From Candidatus Sulfomarinibacteraceae bacterium (GTDB lineage Bacteria; Acidobacteriota; Thermoanaerobaculia; Thermoanaerobaculales; Sulfomarinibacteraceae), in the NCBI GenBank assembly GCA_963796455.1, contig CAWCLO010000001.1, positions 864,001-928,000 on the forward strand: a stretch of DNA of 64,000 nucleotides. Reading direction: 5' to 3'. This document shows positions 44,768 through 54,874 of this stretch, one piece after another. Position numbers and translations under genes: made by a program. Below the pieces are notes generated by a model, which had not been told where the DNA came from, ran no database searches, and saw only the letters and a program-made list of their open reading frames with translations. Numbering within the stretch: position 1 is the stretch's first letter; each line of letters begins with the position of its first letter.

Positions 44768-44810
44768 CCTGCAGCAAGACTTTCTCCCTTTCCGATCCTG
44801 TTCCGCACGA

Positions 44811-45182
44811 GATGCTGGATACTCGATGCTGGATCACTCTTGTCCAAGACAGAGTCTCGAATATCGTACAGGGACAGCGAACAACACTCACTTCTACGGG
44901 GCTCCGGTCTTTGTGGTGCGGCCGTCTCGGCCGCACGGAGGGCAGGCGAGACGCGTACACCACAACGGCTGTTCCCTCTGTTGAACGACCCGGAGGTGAC
45001 CACGCCGTCACCGCACCGGATTGCTGCCACTGCCGCTGGTCCCTGGCGCTGAACACTGATCGCTGGATCCTGTCGCTGCCCCTGGACACTGTCCCGGCCG
45101 CTGATCGCTGTTGTCTGTCGCTGATGACCGCACGCTGCCCCTGATCGCTGTCGCCGTCCCTGAACCCTGTCTTGGACGAGAG
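44811..45182. mobile_element. Family A element copy 3 (REP-doublet cargo)
   Basis: GATGCTG heptamers; IR CTCTTGTCCAAGACAG / CTGTCTTGGACGAGAG; TGAACGACCCGGAGGTG arm; CGCTG-rich arm; core closely matches the reverse complement of 63455-63592. Confidence 0.65.
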
Positions 45183-45236
45183 GAATGGGGACAAACCCCG
45201 CCCATTCAAAAACTCAAGTCGCGCCCGGCTCCGCTC

Positions 45237-46787
45237 TCAATCCACCATCGGGATCTTCACCGCATCGGGAAGATCGGCGCAGCGCGGGCTGTGGGAGCTG
45301 AAGGCGGTGAGGCGAACCCAAACAGCGGGCATGGTGGCGCGAATCGTCTCCATCGCGCTTTCGCCCAGATTCTCGCGATTCATCGGCACCCGTTTCACAT
45401 ACTCCGCACCGAGCTCACCCGGCGACCGCCCGTATTTGTAGTCGTAGGTGAAGGAACGACCGTCGGGCCGCAACACGACCCCGGGGCAGGAGGTGTTCGG
45501 CACCGATATATAAAACTCATCGGCCGTTGCTGACGTCGCTTCCTTGTCATCGTCGAGCAGCTCTCGTGCAGCCAGCTCCTCGTAGAGTTGGACGGCGGTC
45601 AACCGAGCGGGATCGATGAAGACGACGTTTTCGGCGATCAAGTCCTGATAGGGGAAATCCCCGTCGTCGGTTCGCAGGTTCCGAAGTCTCTCAAAGGACG
45701 CCTCGATGTCGTCCTCGTACAGCGGGAAATGGGTGCATCCCAGAATCACGGTATTGATCGCCTCGGTCGATCCACTCCGCCTGTGGCCCTCGACGAGGGT
45801 GGTCGTGTGGTAGCGGATGTAGTTGTCGATGGAATTCAATCGCCACGTCTCGGGATCATCGGGATCGCCGAGGACGCCCGCGTGATCGAAGCCATACTCA
45901 GAGATCAAGGAGGGGTCGATCGGAGCAACCGTGCTTCCCACGGCCGGACCACGGTAGGTCGCGGTCGAGGAGGTATCAACGGGAGCAAGGTACTCCGGGC
46001 TTCCTTCAACCGCGCCGGCAAGCCCGAGACACCCCTGTTGCACCACCGGTGGCGGGATCATCTCCGTTTCTTTCGCGGATCTTGCGATCTCCCGGACGTA
46101 GCCCTCGCTCTTGCAGGTGCCGACGGTGGCCATCACGGCCACCGCGCCGGAAGCCCCGGTGTCCTGAAGCGATTCGATCGCGCCGTCGGCGCCGGCCGCC
46201 ACGACACCCACGAGATAGATTGGGATGTCCCACTTCTCCAGTGCTCCACGGATATCTTCGAGGCCATAGGCAGTCGCCGTATTGCAGGCGATCACAATCG
46301 CTTTGACGGGAGGCTTGTCCCGGCTCGGCGATGAGGAGGATCGTGACGCCCAATACCGGTCTCCGAGGAGAAAAACGGCGTCCTTGAGAATCAGTTCCTT
46401 CAGGAAGGCGATCTTGCCCTCTGAAGGGTAGTTTCCATAGGGCATATTGGCCTGATCACCAAGATAGATGAATGACTCGTCCGCAAAATCGGGTCGGCCA
46501 TCGGCCCCCTCTTCGTGGGTCAGGTTGTTGAATTGGTCGATGGTCACGATCTGGTTCAAAACGGTGAGGCCGCCGATTCCCGAATCAAAGACCCCGATGG
46601 GAAGATCCTCATCCAGTTCCTGATACTGCCCGGAATCAAACGAAAAAAGCTCCGAATCCCCTCTCTGGACCAGATCCACGATCGAGGTCGGGTCCGGTTC
46701 ACCGACATCAACGCTGGTGCAACCGCCGCAGATGACGACGGCGGCTCCGAGAATGATCCACGGAAGTTTTTCCAACCCGTACTTCAT
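45237..46787 (-). CDS. Enlarged glutamate-racemase-like protein with lipoprotein signal
   Basis: GVFDSGIGGLTV, YLGDQANMPYG, IACNTAT, ILGCTHFP; N-terminus WIILGAAVVICGGC. Confidence 0.88.
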   Translation of the reverse strand: MKYGLEKLPWIILGAAVVICGGCTSVDVGEPDPTSIVDLVQRGDSELFSFDSGQYQELDEDLPIGVFDSGIGGLTVLNQIVTIDQFNNLTHEEGADGRPDFADESFIYLGDQANMPYGNYPSEGKIAFLKELILKDAVFLLGDRYWASRSSSSPSRDKPPVKAIVIACNTATAYGLEDIRGALEKWDIPIYLVGVVAAGADGAIESLQDTGASGAVAVMATVGTCKSEGYVREIARSAKETEMIPPPVVQQGCLGLAGAVEGSPEYLAPVDTSSTATYRGPAVGSTVAPIDPSLISEYGFDHAGVLGDPDDPETWRLNSIDNYIRYHTTTLVEGHRRSGSTEAINTVILGCTHFPLYEDDIEASFERLRNLRTDDGDFPYQDLIAENVVFIDPARLTAVQLYEELAARELLDDDKEATSATADEFYISVPNTSCPGVVLRPDGRSFTYDYKYGRSPGELGAEYVKRVPMNRENLGESAMETIRATMPAVWVRLTAFSSHSPRCADLPDAVKIPMVD

Positions 46788-46868
46788 GTTGTCTCCCCAC
46801 TGAGTGCGCCCGACGCTGACCGACGATTCCCGGCCAATGATCTTAGATCAGGATGCCCGCGGTCGTCC

Positions 46869-48020
46869 TCAAATCTTGATAAAGATCTTCTTGCGATACA
46901 ACAACCAGGTGATACCCAGGAGCACCACAACGTGGACCGAGGCCCAGGCCAGCGACGCGAAATACTCCGGTATCCACGATTGGAAGAAATTGTCGTACAG
47001 CCACGACTTGAGCGAAATGCTCGAGCCATCGCCACCAACCCAGCGGATCTTGATCAGAGTCTTGGCGATGAGACCACTGAGAACATAGGCCACGATGGCA
47101 TTGGTGCCGAAAATCAGAAATGGCTTCGCCCAGCCGTCGAGGCCTCGAAGATCCACGAAATAAAGAATCACGGCAAGGGTGAACAGAGCCAGGCCCGCGG
47201 TGAGCACCACGTAGCTGCTCGTCCAGAGGTTTTTGTTGATGGGGAAGAACCAGCCGTAGACTGCTCCAGAAACCGCAGCCAGGCTCCCGGCGACAAAGAG
47301 CCCGATGAGCTTCTCGGTCTGGTTTCTGGCCGAGCGAAGCCACTCACCGGTGAAGACCCCCGCCAGAGCGGTCGCGATGGCCGGCAGGGTGCTGAGAATG
47401 CCCTCCGGGTCGGCCGGGCCGGGTGCATAGCGCCAGACGTGGGCCCCGAGCGCGAGCCGATCCACAAACCCCGCCAGATTGCCGGCGGGACTCAGATCCC
47501 CTGCCCCGAAACCAGGCACCGGTACCAGCTCCATGACCGCCCAATATCCGAGGAGCAAGCCGGCGGCCAGCCAGGCCCTTCCCCGTGTCCTGAGATGAAG
47601 GTAGGCCAGGGATGCAAAAAGGTAGACCAGGGCGATCCGTTGCAACACACCGGGGATCCTCGCTCTCGACCAGTCGATCCCCATGAACGGGAACCAGGTC
47701 AGGAAGAGGCCGAGGGCGAAGAGAATCGCCGTCCGCCGTGCGATCTGGCGGTAGAGAGGCCCGAGATCTCCTCCGGATCGTTCGAGTCTCGAGGCGAATG
47801 CAAGGGGTATGGCGACACCGAGCACAAAGAGGAAAAATGGAAACACGAGATCGGTAGGCGTCCACCCGTGCCATTCGGCGTGCAATAGCGGGGCAAAGGT
47901 GTGTCCCCAATCGCCGGCATTGTTGACCAACAGCATGCCTGCGATCGTGGCCCCCCGCATGACATCGAGAGAGCGCAACCGGGTCTTCTTTGCGACGGTC
48001 ACGCCGAAAATCCATCCCAC
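46869..48020 (-). CDS. Heparan-alpha-glucosaminide N-acetyltransferase-like membrane protein (NagX/DUF5009)
   Basis: RLRSLDVMRG..MLLVNN, HAEWHG..TDLVFPFFLF, PGVLQRIA, DPEGILST, PINKNLWTSSY. Confidence 0.92.
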   Translation of the reverse strand: MGWIFGVTVAKKTRLRSLDVMRGATIAGMLLVNNAGDWGHTFAPLLHAEWHGWTPTDLVFPFFLFVLGVAIPLAFASRLERSGGDLGPLYRQIARRTAILFALGLFLTWFPFMGIDWSRARIPGVLQRIALVYLFASLAYLHLRTRGRAWLAAGLLLGYWAVMELVPVPGFGAGDLSPAGNLAGFVDRLALGAHVWRYAPGPADPEGILSTLPAIATALAGVFTGEWLRSARNQTEKLIGLFVAGSLAAVSGAVYGWFFPINKNLWTSSYVVLTAGLALFTLAVILYFVDLRGLDGWAKPFLIFGTNAIVAYVLSGLIAKTLIKIRWVGGDGSSISLKSWLYDNFFQSWIPEYFASLAWASVHVVVLLGITWLLYRKKIFIKI

Positions 48021-48161
48021 AGGGCGGCGTACCGGAGCAGCTCCCCGGTTTTTCGGGGTCCCGCCTCCTTGATGTCAGACCGGACCAATCCAGGCCTCCT
48101 CATGCTGCTTTCTCCTCGTCATCGAAGCAACCGGTGTCTGCCCACCGAAGACTCATCGATC

Positions 48162-49247
48162 CTACTCGATCCCCTTCTCGACACGAGTCGCACGTTCCTG
48201 TTCGAGAAGCGCCAGTTTTTGAATCGCCAGGGTCATCTTTTGTCTGAGGTCTTCGGAAGCCAATTCGAATATGAACGGAACGGGATCGACCGACTGGCCA
48301 TCGAGCTTCAGCTCGAAATGGAGTTGCGCTTGGACGGCATTGCCGGCTGGGCCATCGATGGTCGCGATATGCCGGCCCTTCGCAACGGTCTCGCCGATTC
48401 GAACACTCAAATTGGAGATGTGCACGTAAACGGTCTCGACACCGTTCCCATGAAGGATCTTGACCCACCCGCCCGCTTTTGTTCCTCGCCCCGCCCCTGC
48501 CACCTTCCCCTCGGCGGCGGCCCGCACGATGGCCTTGTCGCCATAGATATCCAGCCCTTTGTGGCTCCGGGGAGCCCCGAGCCAGTCATCGCGCATGGAG
48601 CCATAGTTCGGCAGGCCGTCCCGAACCATGTCGCGGGGAACAAAACCGAGGGACCGATCAATCAATGCCTCCGTATCGAGGCCAACCACCGGGCTCATGA
48701 GCCCGATTCCCCGAACAACCGCGATGTCAGGATCGAGAGCCGTCATCTCGGGAGCACCAGTCGCGGCGGGACCGCTGCAGACCACCAAGAGACCGCGCGG
48801 AGCGCGTTCGTGACGGCACGACCATCCCTCGGTGGCTACGACTACGAATCGGGTAATCAAAGGATCCAGAGAGAGCTGCGAGAAACGGTATTCACTCACG
48901 CCGGGTGCACCCGGGCGCATCCTACGCAACGGTCCGTCCCAGACCACCCCCGAGAGGTCAAAAACGTAGCGCCCATCACCAAGACTCATGGTTTCCACCC
49001 GGTCGATGCTGCCCTGGACCTCGAGCATCACGAAACAGCTTTCGTGGGTGCTCTCCACCAGATCGACTGCGGTGAGGGCCGCCGGATCCGGTTGCGCCGC
49101 TCCCAACACCTGAACGGCAGCGATAATCAGGACGGCAACCGCCCATCGACCAGCGCCTCGCGGAATGTGTTCGATTTCGTGCAGCGGTTCCACCTCGTGC
49201 GAAAAAAAACCTGGCAACCTTGGACGGCGCCTGGGTTCGCCATCCAT
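48162..49247 (-). CDS. M23-family peptidase with AMIN-like N-terminal domain (start uncertain)
   Basis: HKGLDI, AAAEGKV, TVYVH, QLHFEL, VDP; N-terminal RYVFDL..RFSQ....TRFVV. Confidence 0.85.
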   Translation of the reverse strand: MDGEPRRRPRLPGFFSHEVEPLHEIEHIPRGAGRWAVAVLIIAAVQVLGAAQPDPAALTAVDLVESTHESCFVMLEVQGSIDRVETMSLGDGRYVFDLSGVVWDGPLRRMRPGAPGVSEYRFSQLSLDPLITRFVVVATEGWSCRHERAPRGLLVVCSGPAATGAPEMTALDPDIAVVRGIGLMSPVVGLDTEALIDRSLGFVPRDMVRDGLPNYGSMRDDWLGAPRSHKGLDIYGDKAIVRAAAEGKVAGAGRGTKAGGWVKILHGNGVETVYVHISNLSVRIGETVAKGRHIATIDGPAGNAVQAQLHFELKLDGQSVDPVPFIFELASEDLRQKMTLAIQKLALLEQERATRVEKGIE

Positions 49248-49280
49248 AATAGGCCAACGGCACCCATGGTGGAGGGCCGA

Positions 49281-51590
49281 ATGCCAGCTTCAGCAAAAAC
49301 AGGTCGTACAGCTCTCGCCGCAGTCGCACTGGCGGCGGTGTTCTTGGCTGTACCGGCTGTCCGTCATGCCGCCGCCCAGGACGGCCGGGAAGGACGTGGT
49401 TCGATCCGGCGGATGGAACGGTTGAGTTCAGTGAAGGGGTGGGCCCTCACCGACTCCGCCCTTCTGGTCACACTTGATGGGGGGGCAGGATGGACGGACC
49501 TGGCCCCCGGGCAAACCCTTGAAGGCGTCACTGATGTATTTTTCCTTTCCGATACCGAGCTGCGATTGGCCGGTGTCAGCTCCAGCTCACCCGGGATGTT
49601 GATGACGGCCGCCACAGCCGACGGCGGCGATTCGTGGCGAAAACGGGTGATCGAGACGAGCGCGCTGGCGCCAGGGCGGATCTACATCGACGCCCGGCTC
49701 CACTTTCTCGATAGGACACACGGCTGGCTTCTCGGTCGGGTGGCGACGAGCACAGCATTCAGCGTCGCCGAGTTGCTGCGCACCTCCGATGGCGGGAAAA
49801 CCTGGGGACGCCTGCCTCCCCCACCCGCGGCCGGCCGCTTTGTCTTTGTCGACTCCGATCACGGCTTTATGACCGGCGCGCCGGTGAGCGAAAGGCTTTA
49901 TCGGACTCACGACGGAGGACGGAGCTGGGAAGAGGTCGAACTATCCCTCCCAGTGGAGCAGGGCATGGCCCTGTATGACCTCCCCACCTTCCTCTCGCCT
50001 GCGAAGGCCACCCTGGCGGTCACCCTCCGCGGTGAGGGCCCGCGCGCGCTCGAATTCGTGACCCTCGACAGCGGAAACAGTTGGCTGCCCTCGGGATCCA
50101 TGGCACTTCCGCCGGGGGATTACGACTCAGCGGTACCGATCGCGCTTGCCGAAAGGAGCGAAACTGGAGATATTCCTTTGGTCGCCGTGAGGACATTCTC
50201 GGTTGCTCCTGACGGCTCCTCCTGGGCGTTGATCGCCGAGGGCGGTTGTACCGAGGGATCATGTCAACAGGTGACGCGTCTGGTGGATGTGGATAAGCGG
50301 AGTCCGACGGCCGGACCCACCGTGGACCATCTGGTACGTACTCTGAAGGGACCTCAGTTCAATCCAGAACAAAAGAACTCGAGCGAAAAAACCGCGCTCA
50401 GCCTCGACCTCGGCTTCGATAAGTGTGCCGCCGGAACCACGACACAAATGCGGGCGTGGTGGGACAATAGCCCCTACAGGGACGCCAACATCTACTTCGG
50501 AGGCGCGGCCCGGGCCTGCTCCCAGATCCACCTCGATGCGGACTGGGTGGCCACGGTTTTCGAGCAGGGCTGGCAGTTGATCCCAACCTGGGTTGGTCCG
50601 CAGGCTCCATGTACCCGCTATTCGAGAAGGATCAGCTCCAACCCTGGCGAGGCGCGTACCGATGCCGTCGCTGAGGCCGGGATGGCGGTCGCGGCCGCCG
50701 CGAATCTCGGTCTCGGGCCGGGCACTCCCCTCTACTACGACGTCGAGTATTACGACGAGAACGACCAGGAGTGCTCTGCGGCCATGCGTGAGTTCATCGA
50801 TGCGTGGACCACAAGCGTCAATGACCTCGGCTATCTGGCGGGTGCCTACGGCAACGCGAGGAATATCCAGAACGATTGGATTCCCGGGGTCATCAACAAC
50901 CCGCCGGACGCCGTCTGGCTTGTGCCCTGGGTCTGCGGCAGGACGTCCACCTGCGACTGGACACCCACCGTTTTCGGCGTTCCGGGTCTGGACGACTCCT
51001 ACTGGTCCGGTTACCGCCGTATCCGGCAATACTGGGGCCCGCACACCGAGACCTATGGCGGTGTGAGTTTCGAGATCGATGCTGACTACGCCAACGGCCC
51101 AGTGGCCGCAGCGGCCGATAATTCCTCGTGCTGGGAGGCGGCGCCGGCGGGCCACTGGCAGGGCGAATATTTCGACACAACGGATCTGAGCGGGCAGGCA
51201 GTGATGGTGAGGGACGACGGGGACGGCACTCTCGAATTCGAACGGGGTTCGGAGAGCCCCGGTGCACCCTGCGGCCTTCCGACCGACGCCTTCTCCGCCC
51301 GTTGGACACGCTCGGCCCCGTTCGTTGCAGGAATCTACCGATTCACGCTCACCGCCGCTGACGGCGTCCGCCTGTTGATCGACGGTTCCCTTGAAATCGA
51401 CCAATGGAGTGATCAACCACCAACTCAACACAGTGTTCTGGTCACCCTCTCCGATGGTGTCCACACGATCCGCTTCGACCATTTCTCGGCAGGCAACGGC
51501 ACCGAAGCCGAGCTTTCGTGGAAGCGCCTTGCCAACATGAGGCGCGTCCGGCCGAACTCGCGGATCCAACCTGGAGGCAAAGCCAGATGA
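49281..51590 (+). CDS. Secreted protein: BNR/YCF48-like propeller + DUF1906 (Rv2525c-like glycoside hydrolase) + PA14 domain
   Basis: Signal peptide; repeated T.DGG.(S/T)W boxes; GFDKC, IYFGG, LIPTWVGPQAPC, YYDVE, IRQY, EIDAD; FSARWT..DGVRLLIDG. Confidence 0.85.
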   Translation: MPASAKTGRTALAAVALAAVFLAVPAVRHAAAQDGREGRGSIRRMERLSSVKGWALTDSALLVTLDGGAGWTDLAPGQTLEGVTDVFFLSDTELRLAGVSSSSPGMLMTAATADGGDSWRKRVIETSALAPGRIYIDARLHFLDRTHGWLLGRVATSTAFSVAELLRTSDGGKTWGRLPPPPAAGRFVFVDSDHGFMTGAPVSERLYRTHDGGRSWEEVELSLPVEQGMALYDLPTFLSPAKATLAVTLRGEGPRALEFVTLDSGNSWLPSGSMALPPGDYDSAVPIALAERSETGDIPLVAVRTFSVAPDGSSWALIAEGGCTEGSCQQVTRLVDVDKRSPTAGPTVDHLVRTLKGPQFNPEQKNSSEKTALSLDLGFDKCAAGTTTQMRAWWDNSPYRDANIYFGGAARACSQIHLDADWVATVFEQGWQLIPTWVGPQAPCTRYSRRISSNPGEARTDAVAEAGMAVAAAANLGLGPGTPLYYDVEYYDENDQECSAAMREFIDAWTTSVNDLGYLAGAYGNARNIQNDWIPGVINNPPDAVWLVPWVCGRTSTCDWTPTVFGVPGLDDSYWSGYRRIRQYWGPHTETYGGVSFEIDADYANGPVAAAADNSSCWEAAPAGHWQGEYFDTTDLSGQAVMVRDDGDGTLEFERGSESPGAPCGLPTDAFSARWTRSAPFVAGIYRFTLTAADGVRLLIDGSLEIDQWSDQPPTQHSVLVTLSDGVHTIRFDHFSAGNGTEAELSWKRLANMRRVRPNSRIQPGGKAR

Positions 51591-51621
51591 TTTTCGAGGA
51601 ACGAGGCAAAGGAACGATCCC

Positions 51622-52506
51622 ATGCACCTTCTGATCACGGACTCAGGCGTCGGCGGATTGTCGGTGTGCGCTTACGCCGAAAATTTTTTGCGGAACCATG
51701 CGGTCGGCGAACCGGTCAAACTGACCTATGTCAACGCGTCCCGGGAAAACGACTTCGGTTACAACTCGATGGCTTCGAGAGAGGAGAAACTGGAGAACTT
51801 CGATCGTTTCCTTCACATTGTTGCCGAACGATTTTCTCCCGATTCAATCTACGTCGCCTGCAACACCCTCTCGGTTCTCATGGCCGACACCGAGTTTGCA
51901 AAGACGACGAGCCTCCCGATGCGCGGGATCGTGGAAACCGGAGTCGACCGCCTCCTCCACGAACTCGAAAATCACCCTGATTCCACAGTGGCGATTTTTG
52001 GTACGCAAACGACGATCGACGAACAGACCTACTCCGATCTGCTGCAAAAGAACGGAATCAACGACAGCCGGATTGTCGCCCAGGCCTGCCCTCCCCTGGC
52101 CGATACCATTTCAGAAGATCTCAAGGGTCTGGATGCGCAGAGAATCGTCAACGAATACGTTGCCGAGGCGATCCGCAGGTCGGTCGCTCCGACAAAACAC
52201 CATCTGACCTATCTCGCCTGCACCCACTACGGCTATCGGAAGGATTTTTTTGCCGCCGCCTTCAAAGCCAACGGGGTTGTCACGCAGATATTCAATCCCA
52301 ACGAAATCGTGGTGGAGGATCTGTTCGTCTCATCGGGGCGCTACGACATCGAAAGTGGCCGGGAAAACCCGGTCGAGGTGGAATTCGTCACCCGCTACCG
52401 GATTCCGGAAACCGCGCTCGAAACCATCAGTTTTTTTCTGGCGGATATTGCACCCAAAACAATCCAGGCCTTCACGAACTACACCTACATTCCGGATCTC
52501 TTCTGA
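51622..52506 (+). CDS. Asp/Glu racemase family protein (divergent MurI-like)
   Basis: TDSGVGGLSV, VACNTLS, LACTHYG. Confidence 0.85.
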   Translation: MHLLITDSGVGGLSVCAYAENFLRNHAVGEPVKLTYVNASRENDFGYNSMASREEKLENFDRFLHIVAERFSPDSIYVACNTLSVLMADTEFAKTTSLPMRGIVETGVDRLLHELENHPDSTVAIFGTQTTIDEQTYSDLLQKNGINDSRIVAQACPPLADTISEDLKGLDAQRIVNEYVAEAIRRSVAPTKHHLTYLACTHYGYRKDFFAAAFKANGVVTQIFNPNEIVVEDLFVSSGRYDIESGRENPVEVEFVTRYRIPETALETISFFLADIAPKTIQAFTNYTYIPDLF

Positions 52507-52552
52507 GCAGACGACCGATCGTCGGAATTACCGGGTGATGGTCACGCGGTAA

Positions 52553-52863
52553 CGGCACCTGACCGCTGTCGCTGAATACTGATCGCTGTTTACGATCGCT
52601 GCTCCCTCTCCCTGTCGCTGGACACCGCCGCTGCAACTCGGGCACGGACACGGGCCTGGGCTTCGGCTATCTGATGGTGATCGGTAGAGGGCGGTTCGGA
52701 AGATCGCGCTCGTTTCTGAGTTCATCTGCGCGATCTGCGGTTTCTCCGCTCCGTTCCGGCGCTTGCATCCTCCAGCTCGCGAAGGGCCCCTACAAATCAG
52801 CACGAGCCCTTCCGGATGTCATCCTGAGCGGAGCGCCCCTGGCGCGGAGTCGAAGGATCTATG
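52553..52863. repeat. Mosaic of repeat modules: family A right arm, family B 3' part, TGTC-type REP
   Basis: CGCTG-rich arm plus GCTGCAACTCGGGCACGGACACGGG; TTCATCTGCGCGATCTGCGGTTTCTCCG; TGTCATCCTGAGCGGAGC..AGTCGAAGGATCT. Confidence 0.8.
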
Positions 52864-52892
52864 GCACGGACGGCCCACAATCCGCCTCTCAG

Positions 52893-54068
52893 CTACGCGC
52901 CGGCGACGAGAGACAATAACCACGCGCACAACAGGGCGCCATAAATACCGATCAGATATCCCGAGACACCCATGAGCACGCCCACCGGAGCCAGGGAGCT
53001 TCGGTAGACCGAGGCGACGATCGGCGCCGACACCACCCCACCCACATTCGCCATGCTCCCGGTAGCGACAAAGAACAGTGGGGCGCGTACGAGACGGGCG
53101 ACGAGGAAGAGCACGCCGATGTGGATTGTGAGCCAGATCAATCCCACCGCCAGATAAAGCGGCGCTTCGACAATCGCCTTGAGATCCGCCTGTGCGCCGA
53201 TGGCGGTCAACATCAGATAGAGCGCCAGAGAACCGGCACGCGACGCCCCCACCTGCTCGAGGCCCCGCACCGGCGTGAAGGAAAGCGCCAGACCCAGCGT
53301 GGTCACCAGGACAACCGTCCAGGTCGTGTGGCTGATGATGGTGGGATCACCCAACAGGGGCAGACGGCTTCCCAACCAGATGCATACGGCTGCGGAACCA
53401 AAACCGAGTCCGACGATCATGGCCATGTCCCGGACCTCCATCGGCCGCCGTTTGCTGTCCACCTCGGTGAGTCGACCGTCCAGCGCATCGAGCTCTCCGG
53501 TATCGGCCCGCAACCAGGCGTCGAGCTTTTTCTGCATGTTGCTCAAAAAGAGCAAGACACCCATCCAGCCATACGCAAAGAAGGTGTCCACGACGATGAT
53601 GGGGCCCATCAGGGAGTCCGGAGTGCCCACACTCTCCTTGATCGCCACCATATTGGGTGCACCGCCGATCCAGCTCCCGGCCAGCGCCGCCAGACCCATC
53701 CACGTGTCGTCCGGTAGAAACGGCCCCAGCAGAGCAAGGGCCACCGGCCCGCCGATGATGATTCCCAGTGAACCCGCCAACATCATGATCACCGCCTTGC
53801 CGCCGAGGCGAAGGATGGCGGGAAGATCAACCGTCACCATCAGCAGCACCAGACTGACCGGCAGCAAGTAGCGCACCATCCAGTCGTAGGCCACCGAGCT
53901 CTGTGGAATAATGCCGAAACTGGTGCTCAGTGCCGGCAGGAAATAGGCGTAGATGACAGCCGGCGTCACCTTGAACAACGGCCGGAATCGAGGCATACCG
54001 GTGAGCCAGAAGACGCCTCCGAGAAGACACGCGAGGTATATGAAAACGGCCGTGGGGTCGGTGATCAT
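52893..54068 (-). CDS. DUF819 family membrane protein
   Basis: Multi-TM; LAGSWIGGAPNMVA, GSMANVGGVVSAPIVA, GVLMGVSGY. Confidence 0.85.
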   Translation of the reverse strand: MITDPTAVFIYLACLLGGVFWLTGMPRFRPLFKVTPAVIYAYFLPALSTSFGIIPQSSVAYDWMVRYLLPVSLVLLMVTVDLPAILRLGGKAVIMMLAGSLGIIIGGPVALALLGPFLPDDTWMGLAALAGSWIGGAPNMVAIKESVGTPDSLMGPIIVVDTFFAYGWMGVLLFLSNMQKKLDAWLRADTGELDALDGRLTEVDSKRRPMEVRDMAMIVGLGFGSAAVCIWLGSRLPLLGDPTIISHTTWTVVLVTTLGLALSFTPVRGLEQVGASRAGSLALYLMLTAIGAQADLKAIVEAPLYLAVGLIWLTIHIGVLFLVARLVRAPLFFVATGSMANVGGVVSAPIVASVYRSSLAPVGVLMGVSGYLIGIYGALLCAWLLSLVAGA

Positions 54069-54086
54069 CGTCTCCTCTTCGCCCCC

Positions 54087-54755
54087 TCAGGGAGGACCAT
54101 CGAGCCCAAGATCCGCCACGGCTTCTCGCACCGAGGTCATGAATCGCTCTCCCGGGTCGATCTTCTCCGTCCTGTAGCTCGGATCCATCTCCAACCACAA
54201 CGGGTGGCCCTCGAAATCGAGATATTCCATGTGGCCGATGAGGTACCTGATGGTGGAGTATTTCCCGGCGAGATACCTGACGAGACGAATGTTGGCCTCG
54301 AGTTGTGCGTCGGTGAGGTTGTCGATGCCCTTACCGCCACCAACGTTCTCGACACCGATTGACGAGTAGTTGAGACCGATGCAGTGTCTGGCCATCCAGG
54401 TCTCGGGCATGAGCCGGTAGACCCTTCCGTCGCGATCAACCAGGAATTGGATCGAGACGTTGACATCCCCGGCGCCGGCAAGACCGGGTCGAGACCCACC
54501 CAGTTCCTCCGGGTCGAAGGCGGCGAAGCTCTCTTCGAAACCATCGATGGCGGTCCAGTGCAGCACGATGATGCGGGGCACGATCGAGATATCACCCGGA
54601 ATTTCACCATAGTGGTCCGCGATGTACTGCAGCGTGCCGCTCGTGCGATCGGCAGAAAATTGAATCGGGCGATCGCGGATCTTGAGCCCGTGGGCACAGC
54701 CGGAGAGCGCCAGAATTGACGCGAGGCACACAATGGGCAGACGAGCTTGACGCAT
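54087..54755 (-). CDS. N-acetylmuramoyl-L-alanine amidase (Amidase_2) lipoprotein
   Basis: Lipobox LSGC; IVLHWT, FLVDRDG, ARHCIGLN..SIGVEN, LIGH, KIDPG. Confidence 0.9.
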   Translation of the reverse strand: MRQARLPIVCLASILALSGCAHGLKIRDRPIQFSADRTSGTLQYIADHYGEIPGDISIVPRIIVLHWTAIDGFEESFAAFDPEELGGSRPGLAGAGDVNVSIQFLVDRDGRVYRLMPETWMARHCIGLNYSSIGVENVGGGKGIDNLTDAQLEANIRLVRYLAGKYSTIRYLIGHMEYLDFEGHPLWLEMDPSYRTEKIDPGERFMTSVREAVADLGLDGPP

Positions 54756-54874
54756 AGACCGACCTTTCGCGGCAAGTCTACTTCATACATCTCTGCCGAC
54801 GATCGAGCTCCCACCTTCGAAGAAATCGCAGATCAAACCGGACAAGCATCGGCTCTCGCCATCGACGCCTTCAA

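Noticed and set aside
47901..49280. 460-codon N-terminal extension of the 1229-aa ORF
   Set aside because: It is antisense to the M23 gene; the SD and signal peptide point to a start at 49281.
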